Below, one piece after another: positions 42,050-54,900 of a DNA stretch of 64,000 nt (position 1 is its first letter; each line of letters starts with the position of its first letter). The notes under the pieces were generated by a model that was not told the origin of the DNA, did not search any database, and saw only the letters and a program-made list of their open reading frames with translations. This stretch comes from the human T2T-CHM13v2.0 reference genome, Homo sapiens: assembly GCA_009914755.4 (NCBI GenBank), contig CP068257.2, positions 39,616,001 to 39,680,000 of the forward strand, written 5' to 3'. The translations under genes and the position numbers were made by a program.

Positions 42050-45000
42050 TCATTTTTATTGCAGATCAATTAGGCATTATAGTTTCTTTATCCCCATACA
42101 CCTGTTGATGAACTTTTGGATTGTTGCCAAGTTTTGGGTTTTTTGGCAATTATAAATAAAGCTGCTATCAACAATAGCATGCAAGTCCTTGGACATATAT
42201 TTTGTTTTTTATTTCTCCTGGATAAACACCTAGGAGTAGAATCGTTGAGTTACATAACATGTATGTTTTACTACTTAAAAAGCTGCCAAACTCATTTTCA
42301 AAGTTGGCTTTATCATGTCACATTCCTGCCAACAGTGTATGAAAGTTCCAGTTGTTAAACATCCTCACCAACATTTGGTATGGTCAGTATTTTCATTTTA
42401 ATAGGTATTAATATTTAGCGGTCTCATTGTGGCTTTAATTTGCATTTCCCTAATGACTAATAATCCTGAATATCTTTTCATGTGCTTTTTTGCCATTCAT
42501 GCATCTTTTTAAATGAAATGTCTTTTCAAATGTTCTTGCCCGTTTTTGTATAGGGTTGTTTGTTTTCTCATTGAGTCCTCAGAGTTATTTATATATGAAG
42601 AATACAAGTCCTTTATCAGAAATTTGGCTTTCAAATATTTTTGCCAAGTCTTTTTAGTCTGTTAATATTTTCTATTAAAGAGGAGCAGTTCTTACTTAAT
42701 TTTGATAAAATCCATTTTTTTTCCTTTTACAAATTGTGCTTTTGGGTACTATAGCTAAGAAATTTTTCGCCTAACCCCAGGACACAAAGATTTTATATAT
42801 ATATAATGGAGATGGGGTCTTGCTCTGTCACCAGACTAGAGTACAGTAGCGTGAGCATAGTTCATTGCAGCCTCCATCTCCTGGCCTCAAGTGATCCTCC
42901 TACCACCGTCGCCTAAAGTGCTGGGATTATAGGCATGAGCCACCACCACACCTGGCCACAAATGTGTTATTTAGTTTCCAAATAATTAGGGATTTTTCCA
43001 GAAGCTTTCTGTTATTCTAATATAACCTCAGTGTGGGCAGGGAATATAGTTTTTATGAATTGAATCTTTTGAAATTTATTGAAACTTGTTTCATTGTCCA
43101 GAATATAGTCTATCACAGTAAATATTTCTTGTGCTCTTGAAAACAATGTATATTCTGCTATTATGGGTGGATTAGTTTATAATAGTTAGATCAAGTTAGT
43201 TAATAGTGTTGTTTAGGTATTCTATATCATAACTTATTTTCTGTCTACTTGCTCTATTATTGAGAAACGGGTATTGGAATCTCTGACTATATTTGTGGAT
43301 TTGTCTATTTCTCTTTGCATTTTCATCAATCTTGTTTTATGTATTTTGAAACACTGTTATTAGGTAAAAAAACATTAGGATTTTTATGTCCTATTTATGA
43401 AGGAAACAGTTTATCATTATGAAACTACTATATTTACTTCTAGTAATTTTTTTGATCTGTATCTATTCTGTCTAATAATATAGCCACTCTGGATTTCTTT
43501 TGATAAGCATTAATATGATAGTTTTTTTCCATCTGTTTAGTTTTAACATTTTGAGTCTTAACATTAAAAGTGAGTTTCCTGTAGGGAGAATATACTTGGA
43601 TCTTGCTTTTTATCTAATTTAGCAGTCTCTGTTTTTTAGTTGTGATGTTTAGGCCAGAGATCCACAAACAACAGTCTATAGGCTGAATCCAGCATGTGGC
43701 TTGTTTCTGTATGGCCTGTGAGGTAAGAATAGTTTTTACATTTTTAAAGGGTTGAAAAAATCAGAAAGAAGCTAACCTAAAAAGCTTAACATATTTACTA
43801 TCTGGCCCTTTACGGAAAAAGTTTGCCAAATGCTGGTTTAGACTATTTATATTTAATGTATGATTGATATGTCTGTGTTTAACCAGTAACACAACAAAGA
43901 AAACTATTTTTCTTTTTGTCTCATTTGTTACATTTTTTCCCTTTTTTCCTTTTTTGCTGCCTTCTTTTGGATTATTTTCTATTTCTTTATATCTCCTTGG
44001 CTAGTTTATTAGCTATAACTCTATATCGTGAAATTTTAGTGGTTGCTTTAGAATACGTAGTGTAAATTTTTTAACTGACCACAGTCTACCACTTCATATA
44101 GTCTAAGAGCCTTCCAACAATAGACTTCCATTTCTTGCCTTCGGTCCTTTGTGCTATTGTCATCCATTTTACCTGTGCCTATATTATAAGCCACCCAGCA
44201 CATTGTTATAATTTTTGCTTTAATTGATTATCTTTGTAAATATTTAAAATTAAAAGTAAAGATTTTATAACTACTATATACTTCCCGCTTCTGGTGTTCA
44301 TCATTCTTTTGTGTAGATTCAAGTTTCCTTCTGATGTCCTTTTTCTTCTGCTTGAAGAACTTTCTGTAGTGAAAATCTGTGATGTGTTCTCTCAGCTTGT
44401 GTATGACTGAAAACATTTTTATTTCTTCTTCATTTTTAAGATATTTTTGCTGGGTATAGAGTTCTCGGTTGACAGGGCTTCTTCTACCCCCAGTACTTTA
44501 AAGATGTTACTCTATTGTCTTCTAGTTTGCATTGCTTCCAACATGAAATCATCTGTAATCCTTATTATTATTCATTTGTACATAATATTTCTTTTTTCTC
44601 TCTCCTTGCTTTTAGGAAATTTTCTCTTTATCACTGGTTTTCAGCAGTGCGCTATTATAATCTATGTCATGTTTCTTGTGTTTGGGGTCCTTTGGGCTTC
44701 TTGGGTCTGTGGGTTTATAGTTTCATAAAATTTGGAAAATTTTTGGTTTTTTCAAATATTTTTTGCCTCACAATCCCTTCTTCCTTTTGAGTACTCTGAT
44801 TACATGATTTAGCAGCTTGATATTGTCCACAGTTTACTGATGTTCTCTCTCTCTCTTTTTTTTCAGTTTTTTCTCTGTGCTTCATTTCTATTGTTTTGGT
44901 TTTTTTTAAATTCATTAGTCTGTTTTTCTGCAGTGTATAATCTGCTCTTACAACCATCCCGTATATTTTTCATCTCACATATTATAATTTTTATCACTAA

Positions 45001-45100
45001 AAATTTGATTTAGATCTTTAATGTCTTCCGTGTCTCTATTTAACATGTTTAACATTTTCTCTGGCATCCTGAGTAGAATACAGTTATAATAAATATCTTG
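42050..45100 (+). mobile_element. Ancient L1 ORF2-derived block, probably the same old element as 33300-35700 and 37380-38660, broken up by later insertions.
   Basis: It reads ..TGCTATCAACAATAGCATGCAAGTCCTTGGACATATATTTTG..CACCTAGGAGTAGAATCGTTGAGTTACATAACATGTATG..AGTTGGCTTTATCATGTCACATTCCTGCCAACAGTGTATGAAAGTTCCAGTTGTTAAACATCCTCACCAACATTTGGTAT, which is close to the L1 ORF2 consensus. Confidence 0.6.
42808..42958 (-). mobile_element. Partial Alu (one arm) next to a (TA)n run.
   Basis: It reads GGAGATGGGGTCTTGCTCTGTCACCAGACTAGAGTACAGTAGCGTGAGC..CCTAAAGTGCTGGGATTATAGGCATGAGCCACCACCACACCTGGCC. Confidence 0.7.
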
Positions 45101-45229
45101 ATATCCTGCCTGCTAATTCTATCATCTGTGCCATTTCTTACTAAGTTCCAATTGATTGATTTTGCTCCCTATTATGAACTGTGTTTTCCTGCTTCTTTGC
45201 ATAATTAGTGCTGTAGAATCAATGTTTAT

Positions 45230-46330
45230 GTCCTGCCAAAATTCTTATGTTGAAACCTATCGGGGGAACCTGCCCCCGATAATTCAACATTATTTCACGT
45301 AGGTTCTTTTCTATTTCCTTAAGTGTCAGCTGGTCTGAGAAATAAAGGGAAAGAGTACAAAAGAGAGAAATTTTAAAGCTGGGTGTCCAGGGAAGACATC
45401 ACATGTCGGCAGGTTCGTGATGCCCCCCGAGCTGCAAAACCAGCAAGTTTTTATTAGTGATTTTCAAAGGGGAGGGAGTGTACGAATAGGGTGTGGGTCA
45501 CAGAGATCACATACTTCACAAGGTAATAAAATATTACAAGGCAAATGGAGGCAGGGCAAGATCACAGGACCAGGGCGAAATCAAAATTGCTAATGAAGCT
45601 TTGGGCACGCATTGTCATTGATAACATCTTATCAGGAGACAGGGTTTGAGAGCAGACAACTGGTCTGACCAAAATTTATTAGGCGGAAATTTCCTTGTCC
45701 TGATAGGCCTGGGAGCGCTATGGGAGACCGGGGCTTATTTCATCCCTTATCGGCAACCGTAAAAGACAGACATTGCCAGAGCAGCCATTTCAGGGACCTA
45801 CCCCTAGGAACACATTCTTTTTCTCAGGGCTGTTCCTGCTGAGAAAAATAATTCAGCGATATTTCTCCTATTTGCTTTTGAAAGAAGAGAAATATGGCTC
45901 TGTTCCGCCCGGCTCTCAGGCAGCCAGACCTAATGGTTATCTCCTTTGTTCCCTGAACATTGCTGTTAGCCTGTTCTTTTCTCAAGGTGCCCAGATTTCA
46001 TATTGTTTAAACAATTTGTGCAGTTAACACAATCATCACAGGGTCCTGAGGTGGCATACATTCTCAGCTTAGGAAGATGATGGGATTAAGAGATTAAAGT
46101 AAAGACAGCATAGGAAATCACAAGAGTATTGATTGGGGAAGTGATAAATGTCCATGAAATCTTCACAATTTATGTTCAGAGACTGCAGTAAAGACAGGCG
46201 TAAGAAATTATAAAAGTACTAATTTAAGGAACTAATAAATGTCTGAAATCTTCACAATTTATGTTCTTCTGCCATGGCTTTGGCCAGTCCCTCCGTTCGG
46301 GGTCCCTGACTTCCCGCAACAGAAACCTAA
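45230..46330. mobile_element. LTR-like composite, probably an ERV-derived solo LTR of a family I cannot assign. It contains an internal roughly 96-bp tandem duplication at 46085-46275.
   Basis: TG..CA-like termini appear at TGTCCAGGGAAGACATCACATG and ..TTCCCGCAACA. There is an AATAAA, and the directly repeated block ..GTGATAAATGTCCATGAAATCTTCACAATTTATGTTC.. occurs twice. Confidence 0.35.
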
Positions 46331-47743
46331 TCTCCAAGGTGATGATATTTGGAGTTGGGGCCTTTGGAAGGTGATTAGGTCACGAGGGCAGAGCTTTTCT
46401 TTGTAAATGGAATTACTGCCCATTATTAAAGACAGTCCAAGAGAGCTCCCTTGTCTCTTCCACCATGTAAAGACACAGCAAGAAGATCATTATCTACAAA
46501 CCAGGAAATGGGAGTATAGATTGACTGCAGGGTGCATCCCTCTGTTCTCGGTGTTGGCAGGCTCTTGTTCATTGCCTTTCTTTTTCAGTGCACTTAGGAA
46601 AGCCATATTATGACAGAATCCACATTAGCAAGAAAATGCAGTCACTTTGCAAAGTAATCAAGCCTGTTTTCCTCTGATTTTAAAACCATTCTTTTCAGGT
46701 CATTATCGCATTGTTATTTTGACTTTTTCTTTCCTCAGTCAAAAAGGGTATTATTTGGCAGCTCTGAAGATCTTGAGGCTTTAGTTACAGAAAAATCAAA
46801 TTCTTAGCAGTGTTATTTTCTGGTGCCAAAATATTCATTTCTGTGATTAAATATAGGAAAAATGGGTAATGAGGCCTATTTCTTTTCCGTATTGCAAGTA
46901 AAGCTTAAGATCCCATATTCCTGAAAGGGGCAGAGAAGCCTAGTGTAGGCAAAGGAAGTCTACGGATAATCCACAAACCGGCTTTAAGAAATCATCTCAA
47001 CTTCCTTCTTGGTTTGAAGTTATTCAAGAGTCTCTAGCAGAAGTCACCGGGTGAATTTTAACTGTTTCTCTTTGTCACCAGTGATGTCATGAATTAGGTG
47101 TTGCATTCACTTACTGCTCCTGGCTGTTGATGAGACCTAGGATAAGAGTGGGGCAGGGAGGGTCTCTCAAGCCAGCCTGACCCCCGGAGGTCTCACAACC
47201 CACTAAGACTATGAGTCAGGTTGATATGAGGTCCCTATCTGTTGTAGAATCCATGGTAGGGAGTGAACTCAGGTTGACTCCACTGGGGAAAATTCCCCAT
47301 GACGTAGGCAGGTCCAGCTGAGCTTTCTGCGGTAAATTCTCCTTCTCTTTCTCCTCTTTTTTCATCTCCACTGAGGAAGCACAACCCACACAGCTGTCAT
47401 GACCAGGTGCTGACCTGCACTCTCACCTGTGTAGTACTGCAGTGTCGCTGGCATTCCATGAAGCACAGGGTGCTTCCATATGTGCCCTGCTGCAGTTCCC
47501 CTCCACACCTAGGCTCGGTACCCACACACCTTAAAACATGCCGTCGTTCCAGTTTGCAGGGACTGGACCCCCAAAGGCACGCTGAGCCGTGACCCCACTC
47601 AGTGCTTCCTGAGCTGTCTAAGCCACTGGGACCTCAGTGGACTTTAACTGTGGTTTAATAAACCAAGGGGTTCTGTCTGTGTCCAATGTGAGAGGTGGAC
47701 CGCTCATTTCACAGCTGTGGATTTTCCCTTTCTGTCTCCCCAG

Positions 47744-47997
47744 AAATTGCAGGTGCTGCAGTGTCTGAAATTTCCGGGCCTTTCTCAACAGAGGATGTAG
47801 CCAGCAACTGTGTCCCCGCTCAGTCTTTGAGCGAGCCCATTTTGTGGATTGTGTCCTATGCGCTCATGAGCGTCTGTGGAGCCATCCTCCTTGTCTTAAT
47901 CGTCCTGCTGCTGCTGCCGTTCCGGTGTCAGCGTCGCCCCCGTGACCCTGAGGTCGTCAATGATGAGTCCTCTCTGGTCAGACATCGCTGGAAATGA
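47744..47997 (+). CDS. BACE2: BACE2 terminal coding exon, numbered 9 here. It encodes (E)IAGAAVSEISGPFSTEDVASNCVPAQSLSEPILWIVSYALMSVCGAILLVLIVLLLLPFRCQRRPRDPEVVNDESSLVRHRWK*, and includes the single transmembrane helix and the cytoplasmic tail. The TGA stop is at 47995-47997.
   Basis: The acceptor is tctgtctccccag|AAATTG, and its phase completes the GAA codon begun by the last base of exon 8. The ORF track entry 47695..47997 continues to the stop. The hydrophobic 26-residue stretch is a membrane anchor as in BACE1/BACE2. Confidence 0.9.
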
Positions 47998-48962
47998 ATA
48001 GCCAGGCCTGACCTCAAGCAACCATGAACTCAGCTATTAAGAAAATCACATTTCCAGGGCAGCAGCCGGGATCGATGGTGGCGCTTTCTCCTGTGCCCAC
48101 CCGTCTTCAATCTCTGTTCTGCTCCCAGATGCCTTCTAGATTCACTGTCTTTTGATTCTTGATTTTCAAGCTTTCAAATCCTCCCTACTTCCAAGAAAAA
48201 TAATTAAAAAAAAAACTTCATTCTAAACCAAAACAGAGTGGATTGGGCTGCAGGCTCTATGGGGTTCGTTATGCCAAAGTGTCTACATGTGCCACCAACA
48301 TAAAACAAAACCAAGCCTTGGCTCGTTCTCTTCTCTCTTCAATCTCTGGAAAAATAAGTACATATAGTTGATAACCCCTCTTAGCTTACAGGAAGCTTTT
48401 TGTATTAATTGCCTTTGAGGTTATTTTCCGCCAGACCTCAACCTGGGTCAAAGTGGTACAGGAAGGCTTGCAGTATGATGGCAGGAGAATCAGCCTGGGG
48501 CCTGGGGATGTAACCAAGCTGTACCCTTGAGACCTGGAACCAGAGCCACAGGCCCCTTTTGTGGGTTTCTCTGTGCTCTGAATGGGAGCCAGAATTCACT
48601 AGGAGGTCATCAACCGATGGTCCTCACAAGCCTCTTCTGAAGATGGAAGGCCTTTTGCCCGTTGAGGTAGAGGGGAAGGAAATCTCCTCTTTTGTACCCA
48701 ATACTTATGTTGTATTGTTGGTGCGAAAGTAAAAACACTACCTCTTTTGAGACTTTGCCCAGGGTCCTGTGCCTGGATGGGGGTGCAGGCAGCCTTGACC
48801 ACGGCTGTTCCCCTCACCCAAAAGAATTATCATCCCAACAGCCAAGACCCAACAGGTGCTGAACTGTGCATCAACCAGGAAGAGTTCTATCCCCAAGCTG
48901 GCCACTATCACATATGCTTACTCTTGCTTAAAATTAATAAATCATGTTTTGATGAGAAAAAA
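47998..48962 (+). other. BACE2: BACE2 3' UTR, with its end inferred from the first canonical poly(A) signal.
   Basis: It follows the stop codon. There is no GT-AG exon evidence downstream. AATAAA lies at 48936-48941, followed by the T/GT-rich stretch tcatgttttgatg. Confidence 0.55.
48936..48941 (+). terminator. BACE2: Candidate polyadenylation signal AATAAA for BACE2.
   Basis: This is the first canonical AATAAA hexamer after the stop codon, about 940 nt into the 3' UTR. A GT/T-rich element lies 5-20 nt downstream. Confidence 0.5.
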
Positions 48963-51687
48963 CTATTCTATTTCACTAGCTTAGTTGTCTCTTTTTCCAA
49001 ATCTTCTCTGGAAGTAGGTTGGCTATTACCCTGTTGGGAAACAGGGAAATGGCCTGATGCCCCTATTTCTGACCAGCTGTCAGGGAAGGAAGATGCAAGA
49101 TGTGCAGAAGACACAAGGTAACGTCTACTTATCCCCGTGCTTCGAAACCGTGTGTTTCCCTTTGCAGAACTGGTTAGCCTCAAGCATACCCATCCAATCA
49201 GCTTAAATTGTTTAGCAGTTGACCTCTGTGCTTCTTCCTTTGGGGGTGTTTAATCTTTGGTAACAGTTGTGCAGTGGTAGCCTTATTTCGGGGGGCAGTC
49301 CCTACTTTCTGTCACTTATCGAGGCCTTTGCCAAAGAAAAGTGGAAGCCGTTTCCTTGACATAGCCTTATATGACCTGATGTCATTAGGAGAAGAGTTAA
49401 AAGACAGTATCCCCTCTCTCCTGCTTGTGTGCCAAGTTCAGTGTTCCCTTTGCATTTCTTTTGGGGTGGGTTGGCTATATTACAGAATTCCACCAAAAGT
49501 GCTAAGTGTCCCCTCCTGCAGAAGTATCGTTTGTATTCACAGTAGGCTACGTGTGGATGTTTCAGCCATCTGCTCTGCTCCCTGGGTCCCCGGGTCACCA
49601 CCATACTGAGAAATATAGGACTCTGCCAAAGAGACGTGGAGGCCACGTCGGCTTGTCGTGGTGTCCTGGAAGACTCTCCAGCAGCCAGAAGAACCTTCTG
49701 TGCTGTTTTCACTAGAGAAGATTTGAGTTGCAGCCTCTTGGAAAGAACATGACGGCACGGAACGGGAGGAGGGGGCTCTTGTATCAGGGCCCGTTGTCAC
49801 ATCTGCTCTCAGCTTGTTGAAAACTCATAATCTCAGAATGCATTTCACACGGAGAGATGTCTGGAAGTCCAATTCTCATCCCATTGGCTTTTTCCGTGGT
49901 TGCTGTTTTGTGGGCCGCTTTGCACAGGAGTGAAGCCAACACCCCTAGATTGTGCCTTCACCCTTGCTGTGAAAAATTCAAAGCCCTGAAATAAGAGGAG
50001 GGAATCGCAGACATGCCCTGATTAGTTTTCCTGCTTATTTCTTCATACAGGCATCTTCTGTTCCGTTGTATTGTGTTAGGTTTCAGAGGCGGGGAGCTTC
50101 CTCCTGCAGCAGATGAACAGGCATAGTTCTTAAAATACAGGAAAGTAACAAGTGAGGTTTCCAGGTAGAGTAGGTGAATGAAGTTTGCCGTCATGCTCTG
50201 TATTTCATATCAGATTTCTTTATCTTTTCATATCGCATGTCATTGGATGTGACATTTTGATGAAAATACTGAAACTACAAAAGCATAACTTCGCAACAAG
50301 AATGAGATAGACAATTGAATGTGGGACATTTTTCTGGCATGTCTTGCTGCTGAGAATCGGACTTCCAGTCAAAACCCTGTTAGTGACACCCACCTCCTCC
50401 AGTTATGCAAATTGATGCTTAGCTTGGCAAGCTTTCAAGGAGGTTTGCTTGGAACAGGAAAGGAATTAACAACCCTTTGAGGGTGTCATTTTTACCTTGT
50501 AATACACTGTGGAAAATTCTGGAAGACGGTCCTTGCCTGAAAAGGTGCAACTTAGCATTAGGTTGTTATCAGAAACCTTGTCAAGTCTGATGGGAAATGA
50601 ATAGATGCTGCTTTATTTCCTTGATAACTTCTTTGGAAGTCTGAAATAAATCCTGCCTTCAGTAACTGAAACCATTTATTAAAAATAGCAAGAAACAAGA
50701 TGGGGACCAATTCTATTTTTATTCTTGGGAATTTGAAAGAGCCACAAGTGATTGGTGTCCGATCTCCCAGCATATACTGTACACTATTTTGTATTTCTCC
50801 TGAACCAAAACCAAGTACTTAGCACTCAAGAAACAGATGCCCTGTGTGTGACCGAGGGGAGTGTTTTTCCACAACAGGTTCCACTTCTGAACACTTGGAA
50901 GGACCTTGCCTGATTCATGGTGAAACACAGAGGTTTTGGTTGGAGATAAATTTGGGGTCAGTTACTGTTCAAAATTGTGAAAGTAGTTCCCAGGAAGACA
51001 GCATTAGTGACTCCGCAGTGCTTTGGGTAATAGATTTTGAAAAGCAATTGTGAGTTGGGGATTCCATCATTTCATTTAAGAGGTGAAGAGGGATTTAATT
51101 ATTTAATACGCCGGGTGCAAACTTGTTAAATTCCTCTTTCCCTGTCCCTGCTTGGTGGAGCTGCCACGTGTGGTTCAGTTCTAAGTTCTGGACTAGTGCC
51201 ACTCGATATCATTGGGAATAAATCGTTGTTCAACAGTCTGTTCCACAAACAACAGTAATTGAATTTCACAGACTTTATCCTGATTAGTGGAAATCAAATA
51301 ATGGAGTGGAATCCCCATGTGTTTTCTCTTGCACAAACTTATTAGACTTGATTAGAAAACTGTTTGGAGGAAAAACTTGCCAGTAAGTTTTTTGGTTGTT
51401 GTTTTGTTTTTTTTGAAAAACGACGCAACACCATAAAGTGTAAAATTAGGGGTTCTGGCCAAGAGAGGTACTAGATTTTTTTAATGCCGAGAAAAGTCCA
51501 TGCCACAGAAGTTATTGTGTATGTCTCTAGGGAGCTTTAAGAATTTCACGTTTGAACTTTACAGCTGTTTACCAATTAAATGGCAAGCTGGAAAAATACA
51601 TTTTGAGAGGGGTAGAAAGAATAAGAATATAATTAAAAGTATGCTAACAAAATAAGCAGTACATATTTTTTTAGAAAATGCAGTTTA

Positions 51688-51993
<306 letters not shown>

Positions 51994-54900
51994 TCATTCC
52001 AGCCATCCTTAGATTTCTTTTCCCCTTAAAGTGGCTGAATCCATTGGAGATGTGATTTATTTTGCAGATCCACCAATTCCAAACTTCAGGAATATTCAAG
52101 CGGGAGTCATGTGTAAGTGACAGCTTTGACAAAGAGAGACTGTGGCTGGGTGGCCCGGGTGTTGCCCACGCGGAGCAAGGATTGGTTCATTCAACGGATG
52201 GAGAGTACAGGATGGCTGGGACCTGGGAAGTTCCAGAATCTGAAAAGAGGGCAGGGCAAGAAGGAGCCAGAAGAGAGGTCCCACCCCTCAGTTGGCAGTG
52301 GGGCACGGAGGTCCGCATCAGCCAAGAACGTCCCCAGGATGCCGTGGGCACCTCATTTCACCCCACGTTTTTGGCACAGTCTACTTTTTAGGTATTTTGT
52401 AAAGGAACTTCTCAGGATTGATTATTTGCCAGAGGAACAATTAGGCCAAGAGAAACTTGCTTGACAGCCATGTGTAAAACACGTCTGTCCTAATCAAACT
52501 AGAGATGCCTCAAGGCCCACGCAGGACACAGGCAGGTTCAAGGTCATGCACCTGGAAATTTGTAGGGGAGGGTCAAGCAACTGAGGCCAAAGGGGGCCGG
52601 TAAAGTGGCTTCTGGGGTCTGAGCATCTGGAAGGCTCCTGGCAGCAGTTACCTGACAGTGTCGTTGAGGGGCACGGCAGCTGGGCCCTCACCGTTTCCGC
52701 CAGCTCTGCTGAGCCAGCCCAGCCCATGCATTCCGAACATCCGACAGCTTCTTTCTCCAGAATGTCTTCTGTCAGAGACTTCCAGGAAAGGAGCTCCCTC
52801 CTGTCTCACTGCTGTCAGCGTGGGAGCCCTGCTCCCCAGGCTCCACGTCCCCGGAAGGTCCATCTTGTCCTGGAGCACACCCAGCCCCATTCAGGGTCAG
52901 TGCAGGAGGGAACAGGGAATCTGCATTTCAGTAAGCTCCCCAGGTGAGGCTGCAGAGCAGAAACCACGGCTTTCAGACGTGAGCAGGCTCCCTGGGCTCT
53001 TGGTGTCACCCTGTTAGCCACATCTGCGGAATGTGGAAGGCAGAACATAGCCACGCTGCTTAGTGCTGCCAGCGAACCTCAGGTTGCATCAGTGGCTGGA
53101 ATCTATCACAGCTGTTGGGGATACGTAACTCCCAGCAATAAATCCAGTATTTTCTTCCCTGCCCTGAGCTTCCTCTGGGTTTCTTATCAGCAGCTATTAC
53201 ACACAGATGTCCAGTGCTTCTAAACTAAATTGTACTGTGTAACTTTTACATCACACTTGTGTGCTTAAAAAGCACACCGTGGGTAGTGACTGGGCCAAGA
53301 GACATCACAAAGCTTCCTGATAAATTTGAATCCAGCCACGGCAAGAGCGACGTGCGGGTACCTGGTCCCTGATGCTTGGGTGCCCCGTTGAGCCTCGGGT
53401 ACTTCTTGGACACTATTGTGAGAGCAGCCATCCTGGTGTCTCTGCCAGCATCTTGGGGAACGCTGTGATGGTAAAATATCTGTCTCTCCTCTGGGAATCA
53501 GGGCAGCCCTGAGAAGTGAGCAGTTCCCTTTACAGATGGATAATTGTTTGTGTAAGACCAACCAGATGAAGTCCAAACTGTGTAGAACACACGTGTGCCT
53601 CACACATAGCCATCTGAGTAAAATATTTTTTCCAATGTAGATTTATAATTAGAAATGACAGATTTATAATATAGACTTCAGTAGGTTGGGCACAGCTGTC
53701 ACTTTCGTGGTATCAATAAAAGGCTAGAAACCTTGAGTGTCCTTGGCAACCTAGCCTTTGACATTGATGTTTTTCCATAGGATTTTCTTCATTTGGGTTG
53801 GAATAAAAATGCATTTTTATTCACAAGGCACAGACAGATAAGAATATCATAAGCAGGGAAGTGTCTCCAAAGGTCAGGACTTATGTTTTTCTGTTGAGTG
53901 CTATATGTGGAGGTTATTGCAAGTTCCCTGATATGAGTATGGTTTCGCTTGCTACATTGTGCCTATTAAAGTAAAATTTTACACAAGCCTCGCATTTCTA
54001 AGATTAGTGTTCCCGAATGAAATGTTAAGAAAACATTAAAAGATTATCTCTTTTTAAGATGGAGGAAAAAAAGTGAACAAAGCTAATTAATCTATAATGA
54101 AAATTGCACAAAATAACATTTCTTAACAAATTTAATACAATTTTGTGTTCTTTGTTGCTAGTGGTATAAAACGAGATTTTTTTCCCTCATTTTTCTCATT
54201 GTAGATGTCATCTCTCACATTTATATCAGTGAGGTTTGAAATTCTGTGTAGCAGTTACTCAGCACATATGAGAGGGCAGCGAATGAATGAGATTTGTCAT
54301 GTGCTAATAAAAGCTGAATTTTTGTAATCTAAAATGATGTATTTTCTACTATTGCTGTTAATTTGCATTGTTAAAAATTCTTAAAGTTTAATATGTTATG
54401 TTCAGTCATTGAAAGCGACCACTCATTTTTTTCTTAAAGTTGATGCCTTTTCTGCTGTGCTAGAGTCAGTATTTTGCTTCTGGCAGGAGAGCTGCAAACT
54501 GTGTATCCTCAAACAGATGCAAAAAGTAGTGCTTTGCAAAACGTTTGTTTTCTGTTTATCTCAGATTAACATCCTTTAATACAAGTTTCTTAAGTGTAAC
54601 TTGTATTTCTGAAAATGCTTAAAATTATTTTATATTTCCCTTTGGGAATTTTTCTCTATTTCCAGCACGCTGATTTGATTTAAAAATGTAATAAGACCAA
54701 GAGTTGGAGTAAAGGGATATTCATTCCATGTTAAAAGTGGCTTCATAGCTACTGACAAATGTCTGAACTATTGTCGTGCCCTTCAAAACTGGAGTTTTCT
54801 AAAATAATCTTATTTTTATACTTGTATGTTCCAGCAATTTAAGATATATACCATTGAAAGGGAAATAAAACATTTTTGTTTATTTGAATAAATAATACTC

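Noticed and set aside
46085-46275. A roughly 96-bp tandem duplication that might be a regulatory repeat.
   Set aside because: It lies inside an LTR-like repeat, and LTR U3 regions commonly carry internal tandem duplications. There is no independent evidence of function.
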